Source: Hypanus sabinus (lineage: Eukaryota). From it: 64,000 nucleotides of DNA. Under the pieces are notes generated by a model that saw only the letters and a program-made list of their open reading frames with translations, was not told the origin of the DNA and made no database searches. Both the position numbers and the translations under genes were made by a program. Positions 1-12,700 of this stretch are shown here, in pieces. Numbering within the stretch: the first letter of the stretch is position 1; each line of letters starts with the position of its first letter. Location of the stretch: contig NC_082707.1 in the NCBI RefSeq assembly GCF_030144855.1, positions 196,664,001-196,728,000 of the forward strand. Reading direction: 5' to 3'.

Positions 1-329
1 TTTTTTTAAAGTTATATCAGACAACTGAATAAATCAATGCAAAGCAAAAGAAACAATGACTCATTGGAAAGCCCATTTGTCTAACTGAAGTATTTTCAGT
101 TTGCAAAAATGGAACTGGAGATGGAGGGTAACATACTGGATATTCCCCAGGTTACTGGAGAACCAGAGATGGGACAATGACCTCAGCATGACAATTATAA
201 AGAAAATAATAGCATTAAATTCTCAAGACCAGATGGCTTCTATTTCAAGCTTTTAAAGTATGACACTGAGAGGTGCCCAAAGGACAACTGTCCAAAGAAG
301 TTTTGTTTTTAGGAAAGTGTTTCTTCAGA

Positions 330-1700
330 CTAAAAATAGTGACTCTGTTACTTGAAAAACGGGATGCTAGGAAATTATAGATCAATCAGCCCATGTTGTC
401 AAGAGATCACTGGAGTCTATAATCTAGAATCAAGTGACTAAACATTTAAAAAAAAATCAGTTATCTGGGTATACCAACATAAATTTGTGAAGCATATCAT
501 GTCCAATGAATGTGACAACTGAAAAAAAAGGTAAACAGTGTCCTGGACAGGAAAGCTTTGAGAGGTTTTATTTATATCAACTTCCAGTAGGCATCTCATA
601 AAATGCCTCAAAAAAACTGACAGTCAAATTAATGGAACTGAAGCAAATTAACAACCGGATTATAAAATTCCTACAAAATACAGTAGAGTGTGTGGTGATA
701 GAAACTAGCTACAATGATCTGTGCTGCATCTTGAACTGTGTTCTTTGAAGTTAAATGTTCAAACTGGCATTGGTGCCAAGATAGATGTGGTTTAAGCAAT
801 ATAAATAGAGTCCTAACAGTACACATTTTAATAATTTTAAACCAATTGGCAAAATGCACTTTCACGTAAGGAAATATTGAACCATCCTCTTGAGACCAAG
901 AAACAAAGTCTTTCCTACATTTAAAAGTCCAGAGAAAATGAAGCTTTTTAAAAAAAACTGCAGATGCTGGAAATCTGATATAAAAACAGTAAGACCCAAA
1001 ACATTGGGCACGTTAAGCAACATCTGTAAAAGAATAAACTTCAGCATTTCTTTTAATGAAGGGTCATCAGCCCAAAAGGTTAACTTTCTTTCTCTTTCCA
1101 AAGATGCTGCCTAACCAGCTGGGTGTTTCCAGAATTTTCTGCTTTTATTTCAGAAAGCCCAAGGATTCTTGGGTGCCTTTCTAAATGCCAATGAGTCATA
1201 CAAATATTCAAATATTACATACATGTACAAACAACAATTGAAAAGGCTAATAGAATACTCAGTTGCATACTTGGAGAGTGAAATACAAGGGACAGAATTT
1301 ATGCTATGGCAGTTGAAAACTCCGGCAAGACCGCACTAGACAGTTTATCCAATTGCAGAGACGACATCTTAAGGAGGCTTATTTGGCTTTGGTGAGACTG
1401 GTAGGAGTAATTTGATCAATATTTTCAAGATATTATAAAAATTTAGATTAGTCAATAAGTTTTTTTTTTCAGTTGGTTAGAAAATCTAGGATTAGACAAA
1501 GAACTGGGCTTTTCAAACTACCCTGGAGAAGGGAGAAATTCAGAACTCTTTTCTACATGTAGCAATTGACGTTGGTTCAATTGTTACTTTTAAATCCAAA
1601 TTAAATTGATTTCTGATGAATAGAAGTGATATAGGAAGGGGTACCAAGTAACAGTTCAGTACTGAAATCACCAAGTGGCAGAATAGGGTCAAGAAGTTGA
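330..1700 (+). mobile_element. Highly decayed CR1-like fragment with a nested Penelope-derived repeat (about 955-1152)
   Basis: GNYRSIS-like remnant at about 370. ctgcagatgctggaaat…agatgctgcct PLE signature. Confidence 0.5.
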
Positions 1701-2160
1701 ACTAACTACATCCTTTGTCAGAGTGGCATAAATCTGTCAGCTTGACTGGAATGACAATCACTTGACAATGTAATCTTGTCTTGTAATGTAAGTCAGTAAA
1801 AATTCACATACAATTTTATTTTACTTAGAAAAACGCAAGTAGAAATTTCCAAGGGAATATAAATGTGGTGACCACAAGTGCAGTGGTAGTGTCTTCTCAA
1901 ACCAGGGGCCAGAGTTCAAATCCCAGACTGACAGATATCAGAAAGTAAGGCGGCTCCAGAAGTTAACAAACCTACAATCAAGCTAGAGAGAACAGAGTAT
2001 AGTAATTGGGGGTATTCATCTGACATTTTCATGAAAAACCCAGCAAAACAACATCTAAATAAAAAAAAGTTGGAACATGCCACGTCAAATTTGAAATGTT
2101 GACTCTATTTATCACAAAGGAACTGGAGTTATTCTAACCCCAATGTGCACCTTTTTCACT

Positions 2161-2206
2161 ACCAACAACACAAATCCATAGCCCAGTCTTACATGGCGTT
2201 TTTATT
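2161..2206 (-). terminator. Probable CCNK polyadenylation signal with downstream GU-rich element (3'UTR about 0.93 kb)
   Basis: AATAAA at 2206-2201 on the minus strand, followed about 27 nt later by TTTGTGTTGTTGGT. Confidence 0.7.
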
Positions 2207-3117
2207 GAACAATCCGAAGGCTGGAACAACAATGGAGCTAGGAATAGATAATAACCTGAAATAAATTTGACTTTAAGGGTAACAAATCTTCCCATTTAAA
2301 AATAAAATCTTCAACTACTTGTTTGTATGAACATAATACAGTAATACCAGAAAGAATGCAATCGATTCTTTGATGCAGCCGACTTGTGCTAACCAGGTGA
2401 GATCAGGTTGAACTGTATCAGGGACCACGTTGCTGCAATAACTAAGGTGTTACAACTGTCAGTCACTTCCTAGCTCTGGGCCCTTCACAGTAACTCCTGA
2501 AGTGTGGACAGCAGAATCAGGCAAAGGTGAGATCATTCCCAAAGTCGACGAGCTTTCCTTCTTCACTTGCAGTCATGTTGACAAATGGCCTTTTAAGCAA
2601 AGTACTGGGAGAGCAAAACATTGACCCAGAGCACTTTATGGGATAAGAGGGCCTGTTTGAGGATGCAAGCATCACAATAGATTAAGGCACCTAACCTAAC
2701 TGTTTTTCTAAATGCTGAATTTTACCAGCATTTTTTTTGTGCATACAGATTTCCAGCATCCACAGGATGTTGATTTTTGCCCCAGTTACCTTCCTCTGGC
2801 TGCTCCAAGACTGGGTGCAATGTGGCCACAAACAACCCACCAGATGGAACAAGGTGCGGGAACATACTGGGGTGTAAGTGGACAAGAAAGCTGGGTGAAG
2901 ACAGGAGGAGAGGGTGATCAATAGTAAAAACTGAGCTACTCATTCATCTGCACTTAGCATACAGTGCAAACTCAGCAGGAAAGTACGTACAGTCATTGGG
3001 TAAAGGGCACCTGCATTATTGTAAATCTGGTTGTCGGACCCCGTATGACTTCAGGGCCACACTGATCCCTGCAAGAAGCCAAATGCCATTCCACACTTAC
3101 CGGATAATAAATGTCCA

Positions 3118-3710
3118 TTACCTCAGCCAACCTCGTGTCAAGCCACCTACAGGTGGTAGGCCTGGTGGTGGTGGCGGCGGCGGCGGAGGCCCAGGAGGTT
3201 GTCCCCCAGGTGGCACTGTAGGGGGAGGGTAGCTGGTCGGCGGAAGACCCAGTCCTGGAGGAGGTGGCACTGTGTGGGCAGGTGGAATCCGAGGAGGGGG
3301 CAAAAATGTAGGATTGTACCCTGGTGGAGGATATCCTGGAGTAGGAGGAGGGATATTAGGTGGATAAGTAGTGGGTGGAGGTACAGATGGATTAGGATAA
3401 ACATGTGGGTGGTAAGGAACATGAGTTGGTGGTCCATAAGATGGTATGCTTCCATAGGAGGGTCCCTCAGTCTTCATCATAGATTGTAAGCTCTGGAAAC
3501 CTTCCCCAGACATGTAAGAGCTAGTTGTTGACATTCCCATGATATAGGCGGCAGATGGTGGCGGTCGCTGGGGCATCTGTGGCTGTTGATGTGCAGCAGG
3601 AGGAAGAAGAGGTGGTGGGATGGTGGCTTTGGCCACTTCAGAGGAGTTTCCTGTGGAAGGTGGCTCACTTTCTATAATGGTGGTCCCCGTGCTTATTGAT
3701 GGCTTGCGCT
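3118..3710 (-). CDS. CCNK: CCNK last coding exon, proline-rich C-terminal region (…[28 protein letters not shown]…GLTRGWLR*)
   Basis: Acceptor TAACTTCCAG|AGC at 3710, TAA at 3118-3120. Matches track ORF 3118..3636. Confidence 0.96.
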
Positions 3711-6700
3711 CTGGAAGTTAAAAGAGGCAAATTTTATCTTTAGATATTAATAAGTACAGAGGCACAAGCACACACACAAACACACATATAAGGGAACAGT
3801 GCAGACAGTATGTCTAATAGCTGGGGATCCTCATACACCAAGGAGCAGTATTTTAGGGGCAGTTTCAATGTGTCTTCAGTGGGTTGTTGGAATGAAATCC
3901 ATTATCTTCAAGGATTTGGGTGAATGAAATAGATGGAAAGAAGAAAAAGGTCAGAGATTGGCTTGAGGGTCACTTTCAGCTGACCCAGTCAGGAAAGTAA
4001 AATTAAGTACTTAGAGCAGTCTAACAATTCAAAACTATATTCGAGATGAATTCTAGTTATCTGAAAACAAAATTATGCTTGATAACTAGTTCACATAGAC
4101 CAGCTACTTAACCAAAACTGACAGGGCTGAGTTAATCATCTAGATACACTAGGCTTAGAGTGCTGCAGAAAACACAACTCAGACAATGCAGGAATCTAGG
4201 AGGATAATATGTGGCATCAGAAGAACATAGTAGACAGCTGAAATGGGAGGGCACATGGCAAGTTAAATTGTATTTCCAACAATTTGGAAGAATATAGATT
4301 AAAGAAATACTGATGCAAAATTAACAGGGGTGCAGGAACAGAAAGATCAAAGAGTGTCTACACAACAATTTCTGATGCTGACCACACAGATAAGTTAATA
4401 CACACTGGCCAAGTGTAAAATTAAGTAACTTTCATTGTTTTTATTATTGAAAGATACAGTACAGCAACAGGCCTTTGTGGCTCAACAAGCCCATTCCAGC
4501 CAATTACACCAATGAAACCAATTAACCTCATAATCCGTACATCTTTTGGAATGTGGGAGGAAACTGGAACACTCTGAGGAAATCCATGTGGTCATGAAGT
4601 GGACATACAAATAAACTCCTTGCAGACAGCAGCCAGGAATGAACCAGGATTGATGGTGCTACAACAGCATTATATTAACTGCTAAGAAACTGTTCTCAGA
4701 AACAGTTGGTCAGTATGGGTATGGGTGCTGGGCAAAAGTAATAATATAAGTATTTTTTATGCAGAAATTTGTCCTGATCTAGAAGACTTTGCCTGAAAAG
4801 ATTATGAGTATATAGCAAGAGCGTATAGTAAGGCTGATATAAAAAAAAGGTTATGCAAATTGTTACATAGTATGTATTTGTAAAAATGCATCAACTATTC
4901 AATTATGCTCCCATTTAGCTTTGGAAGTTATTAGAAGTACTCAAGACTAGGACATGTTGAAAGTAGTCACCATACAAAATGTCCCAGACTTCATTACCTG
5001 CAGACAAGCTGTAAATACACATTGTTAGTACCCATGACCAAAGGGCAATATCCTGAATGGAACCTATTTACACTGAGCTCTTAAAATAAAGAGGAAGTTC
5101 ATGTTCAGTTTATTGTCACTCAACCGTACACACGTATACCGCCAAACTAAACAATGTTCCTCCGGATCAAGATGCACAACACTGTACAAATATCTCACAC
5201 ACAAAGCACAAAGTAATATTACCACAAAAGAAAACAAGCCTGTAGCAAGTCATCACATCAGATTAAGTTAACAATTATAATATGATGAATAAAGCTAGAA
5301 CTGCTTTTAAAATACAACTTTGCAAAATCAATTATTTGTGATTTCTTGAGTGAACAAGCTTACCTGGAGGAGGATGGTTCGCTGGTGGAAGTGCTGGATG
5401 AGGATTTTCCAGTTTGGGAATCTTAGAAGGCTGTACATCTGTAATGAATTGAGAAACATTGATTTACAAGACTACTGCAGTCCGATTAAAATCCAAATTG
5501 TTCACTAAAATACTTGCTACTCCTGCCAGAATTACAGTGCACAGGTGATTCTTAATGCCTTCTGAAGTGTGTGTGTGTCAACTTAGTCTTGAATAATAGC
5601 TATATATAGCAAAGAAATAGAGTAGTCACCACACATTTATAATCCATTCAAGCTTTCTCCCGTCTTTTCTCATCAATCAGCATTAATTTTATTTTCTTTT
5701 CTTTTGCATCCTTGTCCACAGTCCCACTAATGGAATCTACACTGTTTGTTTCAACCACCCTGAGAGACAGAGTACCACGTGCTCATTACTCCTTCGGTAA
5801 AAGCATTTCTTCAAATTCCTAACACAGTCCCAGTTCTCATCCTGAATTTGTGGCCCCTAATCTATGCTTTACTCCACATGTGGAAAAAGTACTCCCTGTA
5901 TTCACTCAATCAAAGACTTTCACATTTCAAAAGACCTCAATTAAGTCCCAGCTTCTTCAACTGTCCTGATATGTGTGTGGTGTAGACCTCCATTAGCCTC
6001 GATAGACCATGGATTTGTGCCTTGCACAAGCCTGGGCAAGGTATTTTTTTTAAATGGAAGACCGGCAGTTGCCCAAGCTGCAAGTCTGCCCTTTCCACAC
6101 CACTGATGTTGTCCAAGGGAAGGGCATTATGACCCATACAGCTTGGCACTGGTGTCGTCGCAGAGCAATGTGTGGTTAAGTGCCTTGCTCAAGGAAACAC
6201 ACGCAGCCTCAGCCAAGGCTCGAACTAGCGACCTTCAGATCACTAGGCGAACACCTTAACCACTTGGCCAACCTGATATGTATACTCTCACATTTCAGGT
6301 ATTATCCTTGTAAATCTTCTCTAGTAATGCTGCATCCTTCTCACAATAGTGACCAGAACCATAAGGAGTTCCCCAGGTGTGGTCCCACCAAGGTTCAATA
6401 CACATATAGAACTAAAATAACTTTTCACTTTTTGCCTCTTCAAATATAAAGCAGAGAGCTTGATTTGCTCTTTTGATGTCCTCACTAATCTGTGGCATAA
6501 CTTTAGTAATCAGTCTGTTGATGACAGTCTGAGCTCCCTTTGTCCTTTTCCCTACCTAAATGTAAGAACATAAGAAATAGGAGCAGGAGTTGACAATCTG
6601 GCCCATCCAGCCTGCTCCACCATTCAGTAAGATCACCGACCTGTCTTTTCCTCATAACTCTTAATTACCTTACTATGCAAAAAATCTATCCAACCTTGAC

Positions 6701-9700
6701 TTAAAATATATTTACTGAGGTAGCCTCCACTGATTCATTAGGCAGAGAATTCCAGATTCACCACTCTCTGGGAAAAGCAGTTCCTCCCCATCTCTGCTCT
6801 AAATCTACTCTCCCAAATCTTGAGGCTATGCCCCCTAGCTCTAGTCTCAACTGTCAGTAGAAACAACTTTCCTGCCTCTATCTAATCTATCCCTTTCATA
6901 AGTTTCGAAAAGATGTCTCATTCTTCTGAATTCTAGGCGACTCAATCTCTCATCGTCTAACCGCTCCCCCCTCCACCCCCCCACCAATGTCCGGAATCAA
7001 CATGGTGAACCTCCTCTGCATTGCCTCTAAAGCCAGTATATCCTTCCTCAAAGTTAGGAGACCAGAATTGCACACAGAACTCCAGGGTGTGGCTTCACCA
7101 GTACTTTGTACAGTTGCAGCATAACCTCCCTGTTCTTAAATTAAATCCTTCCAGCAATGAAGGCCACCATCCCATTTGCCTTCTTGATAGCCCAATAACA
7201 CCTGCAAACCAACCTTTCATGCACAAGCACTCCCAAGTCTCTCTGCATTGCAGCATGCTGCAATTTTTTTACTATTTAATAATCTGCTCTTCCATTTTTC
7301 CTTCTAAAGTGGATGACCTCGCATTTTCCAACATTGTACTCTATCTGCCAGTCCCTTGCCCACTCACTTAACCTACCTATTACACTCTGCAGACTCTCCA
7401 TATCTTCTGCACAATTTGATTTTCCACTCAATTTAACATCATTAGCAAACTTAGGTACACTACACTCGGCCCCCTCTTCCAGATCGTTAATGTGTATTGT
7501 GAACGGTGGTGGGCCCAGCACTGACCCCTGTGGCACACCGCTCACCACTGATTGCCAACCAGAGGAACACCCATTTATCCAAACTCTCTGCCTTCTATGA
7601 ATGAATCAATCCTCTATCCCTGCTAATACATCACCCCAACTCTATGCATCTCTATCATATGGACAAGTCTTTTATGTGGCACCTTATCAAATGCCTTCTG
7701 GAAATCCAAGTAAATTATGCCCCCCCGTTCCCCTCTATCCACTGCGCTCATTATATCCTCGAAAACTCCTGTAATTTTGTCAAACTGCTCTTGCCTTTGC
7801 TGAATCCATGCTGCATTTGCCTGATGTATCCATTTCTTTCCAGATGCCTCGCTATTTCTTCTTTAATGATAGCTTCAAGCATTTTCCCAACTACAGATGT
7901 TAAACTAACTGGCCTATAGTTACTTGCCTTTTGCCGACATCCTTGTTCGAAGTGGCAAGACATTCACTGCCTTCCAATCCGCTGGGACCTACCCGAGTCC
8001 AGTGAATTTTAGTAAATTATTATCAAAGCCTCTACTATAATTTCTGCCATATCTTTCAGTACCCTGGATGCATTCCATCATGACCAGGGGTCTTATCTAT
8101 CTTCAGGACCACAAGTTTGCTCAACACCACCTCTTTAGTGATAGCTATTTTATTGAGGTCATCAACTCCCATAACATCTCTCTTTGGCACGTTAGATGTG
8201 TCATCCACTGTGAAGACTATCACAAAATAGTCATTCAAAGCCTCTGCCATTTCCTCATTACCCAATATCAATTCCCCCTCTCATTTTCCAACAGACCTAC
8301 GTTCACTTTAGCCACCCTTTTCCACTTCATATAATGATAAAGACTTTCACCATCTGTTTTTACATTTTGTGCTAAGTTTTATTTTCATAATCTATCTTAC
8401 CTTTCTTTATTGCCCACTTAGTTGCTCTTTGTTGCTTTTTAAAGTCTTCTCAATCTTCCAGTTTCCCACTACTCTTGGCGACTTTGTACACGTGAACTTT
8501 TAGTTTGATGCCTTCTTTTATTTTCTTAGTTATCCAAGGCTGACTTTCCCCACCCTTACTGTCCTTGCTTTTAACTGGAATATACTTTTGTTAAGCGCTG
8601 TTCATTTTTCATTGAACAGTCTTCCACTGTTCTTCAACCGTTCCACCATATAGCCTGTATTCCCAGTCTACACTAGCCAAATCCTCCCTCATCCCATTGT
8701 AGTCTCCATTGTTTAGGTATAATCTCTGGTTTTAGACCAAACTATTGCACCCTCCATTTGTATGAGAAACTCAATCATACTGTGATCAGTCTTTCCAAGA
8801 GAATCCCTAACTACAAGATCACTAATTTTACCTGTCTTATGGCATAGGACTAGATTTAAGATAATATGTTCCCTCGTAGGTTCAGTAACACGTTGTTCAA
8901 GAAAGCCATCATGGATGCATTCTATGAAATCCTCCTCAAGATTGCCTCGACCAACTTGATTCACCCAATCTACGTGCAAGTTAAAGTCCACTGTGATAAT
9001 TGCTGTTCCATTCTTACATGCCTCAGATATTTCTGTTTATTGCCTGTGCCACTGTCATGTTCTTATTTGGTGGCCAATAGACAACTCCCACCAGTGATTC
9101 TAATCTCTACCCAGTTGGATTTAACATTCTGCTCCTTAGATCTTATATCGTCTCTTATTATCACCCCGATCTCATCCTTAATTAAAAGCACTAACCCACC
9201 TCCCTTACCTTCCTGCCTATCCTTCCATATTACCTGACAATTAATTCCCAATCCTCTCCACCCTGCAACCACATTTCTATAATGGCCACTAAAACATACC
9301 CCTTTGCACTGCTCTGTGCCACAAATTCACTGACCTTGTTTCGAATACTATGGATATTTAGATAAAGTGCCCTTGTACTCAGTGTGCTTTTACAATCTTG
9401 TAACCTTTTTCTCCTTTGCACTTTTCTTTACTCCACTCTTTTCTTTTTTATCCTTTGCTTTTTCCTTATCCACACTTTTCTCTTTTACTTTATCCATGCT
9501 TCTTTAATCTGCTGATCCACTCCCCTACTATTTAGTTTAAAGTCTATCCACAGACCTACTTATGCGATTTGCTATGATCTAGGTCCCATTGCAGTTCAAA
9601 TGGAGCCTGTCCCATTGGTGCAGTCTCCTCCTTCCCCAATACTGGTGCCAATTTCTTATGAATTCAAACCCACTTCTCCCAGAACAATTCTTGAGCCACA

Positions 9701-12700
9701 CATTTAACTATCTAATCTTCTTGACCCAATTTACACGTGGCTCAGGTAGTAATCCAGAGATTGCCACCTTTTTAGTTCTGCTTTTTAATTTAGTCCCTAG
9801 CTGCCTAAACTCTCACCTACAAGTAACTAAGGTGTATTAGCACATATCAGGTGTAGAACCTTACCTACCGATAAGATTACAAGATACAGGAGCAAAATTA
9901 GGTCATTCGGTCTATCAAGGTTGCTCACACATTCAATCAGTTCTGATTTTTTCTCCTCAATCCTATTTTCTCACTTTTTCCCATAATGCTTGACCCCCTT
10001 ACCAATCAAGGACATCACTGCTTAAATATGCCCAATGCAGGCTTCAAAGCCCTGTGTCACAATAAATTGCATAGATTTATCCCTTTTGGCAGCACCTTCT
10101 TCCTCATCTTAATATTAATGGGTCATCCCTTTATTCTGAAGCTGTGCCATTGCATCCTAGACTGCTCCACTCTTGAATCATTCTCTGTATGTCCACTCTA
10201 ATCAGGCCATTCAGTAAGCTTCAATGAGATTCCCTCTCATCTTTCTGAACTTCATTGAGTACAGGTCCAGAGAAATCAAACGTTCCTATACAAAAAGCCT
10301 CTCATAGCTGGTATTATTTTTGTGAACCTGCTCGGAACCCTTTCCTTAGGTACGGGAGTCAAAATTGCTCACAATAATCCAAATGTGGTTTGATCATCAC
10401 CTTATAAAGCCCAACAACAAATCCTAGCTTTTATATTCAAGTCCTCTCGAAATAAATGCAAACAATGCATTTGCTTTCATCATTTACAATTTTATTTGTG
10501 ATTTTCAGTACTGACCATTTCCCTTCCTCTCACCCACACCTCATCTGGTTTCACTGAGAAATTTAGAAATTATTTTTGATTCCAGATTCTAAATGATTAA
10601 TGTCAACTGTGAGCAATTGTAATTCCAGTACCAACCCTTGTACAATAGGATTATTCACTGCCTCTCCATTGTGAATATCTTTCTTTCTTCACTTTCTGCT
10701 TCATCATGGAGTCAGAGTACTTTTGCCCACCATTTGCAAATAGACGACCCATCCAGTCTAACCTTTCCAGCATTTGACACGTATACCTCAGCAATTCCAG
10801 TTTTTTTGGTTCTTGCTTTTTAACTATTGTTCCAGCAACCCTTCGACTGTGTTCTAGATTTCAACCACACTCGAGTGCAAGAAAATTCTTTCTAGAATTC
10901 TTTCCATTATATCTTATTTATACCCCTCAATGTAGTATAACTCAGTTAAGCCAACCCCTCAACCTTCTTCACCAGGAAAAAACAACCCATCTTATACAGT
11001 CTCTCTTTACAGGTGAAATGCTCTCTATCAGGGAAGAGCCCATTGAACCCCCTCTTCAGCTTCTCAAGAGCAGTTGCACCTTGCTTATTGTGTATGGACC
11101 TCAACTGCATAGACCACTCCTGCTGTGGTTCAACTAATATTTTATATCATTGTTCGCAATGCCCCTGCTTTTATATTCTACATCCCAGTCAAAAGAGGCA
11201 ACTTCTCAGATGCCTTCTTAATCACCTACCAACCCCTGCTAGCTTGGGATCCAGAGGGACCTCTGAACTTCCTTGACACTCCCTTGACTCTTCAATGTGA
11301 ATGCCCTTGCTCTATTGGTCCATTATCATAAGATATAGGAGCAGAATTAGACCATTTGGCCAATCAGGTCTACTCTGCCATTTCATCATGGCTGATCCAT
11401 TTCTCCCTCAGCCCTAATCTCCTGCCTTCTCCTCACATCCTTTCATGACCTGCCTAATCACAAATCTATTAACCTCTACCTTAAATATTCCCACTGACTT
11501 AACCTCCACAGCTGCCTGTGGTAACAAATTCCACAGATTCACCACTCCTGGGCTAAAGAAATTCCTCCTCATCCGCATTCTAAATGGACTGTATCCTCTC
11601 ACCTTGGACTCCCCCACCATAGGAACATCCCCGGGTGGGGGAATTGAGTACCTCACACATATCAAGGTTAAATTCCATCTGCCAATGCTCTTCTCATATT
11701 GTCAGCTTATTAATGTTGTCCTGCAGCCTATGACTACTTTCTTGTTATATTATCAAGTTTTGTCATCTGCAAATGTAGTCATCATACTTATGATGCTCAT
11801 ATCCAAATTAAATGTGTAAAACGCAGAAATGGTCCCAGCATGAATCAGTGATAGCCTTTCCTTCACCAAAATAACCCTTAACCACTGCCACCAATCTCAA
11901 ATCCAATTTGCCAACTTGCCCGATACTATAGGCTCCGACGTTATGAAAGTTTCCCATTTAGGATCTTGTCAAAGATGATACTTTCATCCATTTAGACTAT
12001 ATTACTGCATTGTTCTGATCAATACAGATATTATTTCTTCAAGTTTTTTCAGTCAAATTGTTCACACAGTTTCCCACCTTGATAAAGACATGCTGATCAC
12101 CTTTGGTTAATCAGTCCCTTTCCAAGAGGAATCATGTTCCTCAATTTTTCCCACCAGTATCTTCCCTATCAATGACATTAAACTTGCTGGCCTGTAATTA
12201 CCTGGCTTTTCCCTGTTGCCCTTCTTGAATAAAGGTACAACATTTGCTGTCCTCCAGTCATCTGGCACTTCACCTGCAGTTAGTGAAGATATAAAAATCT
12301 GTCAGAGCCCCAGCAATCTCTTCCTCGCCTTCTATAGTGGGTTGGGAACATCTAATCAGGACTTGGAAATCGATACATTGCCTTCCATTTACTGCTACCC
12401 CTCCCCAAGTTCTAACATGTGCTTTACTTTAGTGGGTTATATAGGTAGATATTGCTCATGTGACCCCCAATAGGCCTAACCTTTTACCTTGTTACCTGCT
12501 TTACCTTTATATACTTACAAGAAGCTTTTGGGATTTCCTTAATCTTGCCCATCAGTGACATTTTCTGCCCCCCTACTCTCCTATGAAAGCACTCTTACAA
12601 CCTTTAAACTCTTGTTGGGCCTCCTGGGTTTTCAGTTATCTTGCCAAGTTTCCTTTCTTTTCCAACCAACCCTTAATACTCCTTCACGTCTAAGGTTGCT

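Noticed and set aside
1-2160. 3' end of CCDC85C (tail-to-tail neighbour of CCNK in human)
   Set aside because: No recognisable coding exon. The region is mostly decayed repeats.
2961-2970. TTTGCACTGT in the CCNK 3'UTR (miR-130/301 and miR-148/152 seed matches)
   Set aside because: A 7-mer match is not significant without conservation data.
2996-3489. Plus-strand Gly/Arg/Trp-rich ORFs (2996..3232, 3199..3489)
   Set aside because: Antisense shadows of the Pro-rich CCNK last exon.
6200-6271. tRNA gene
   Set aside because: The tRNA-like head is fused to a SINE body and flanked by a TSD.
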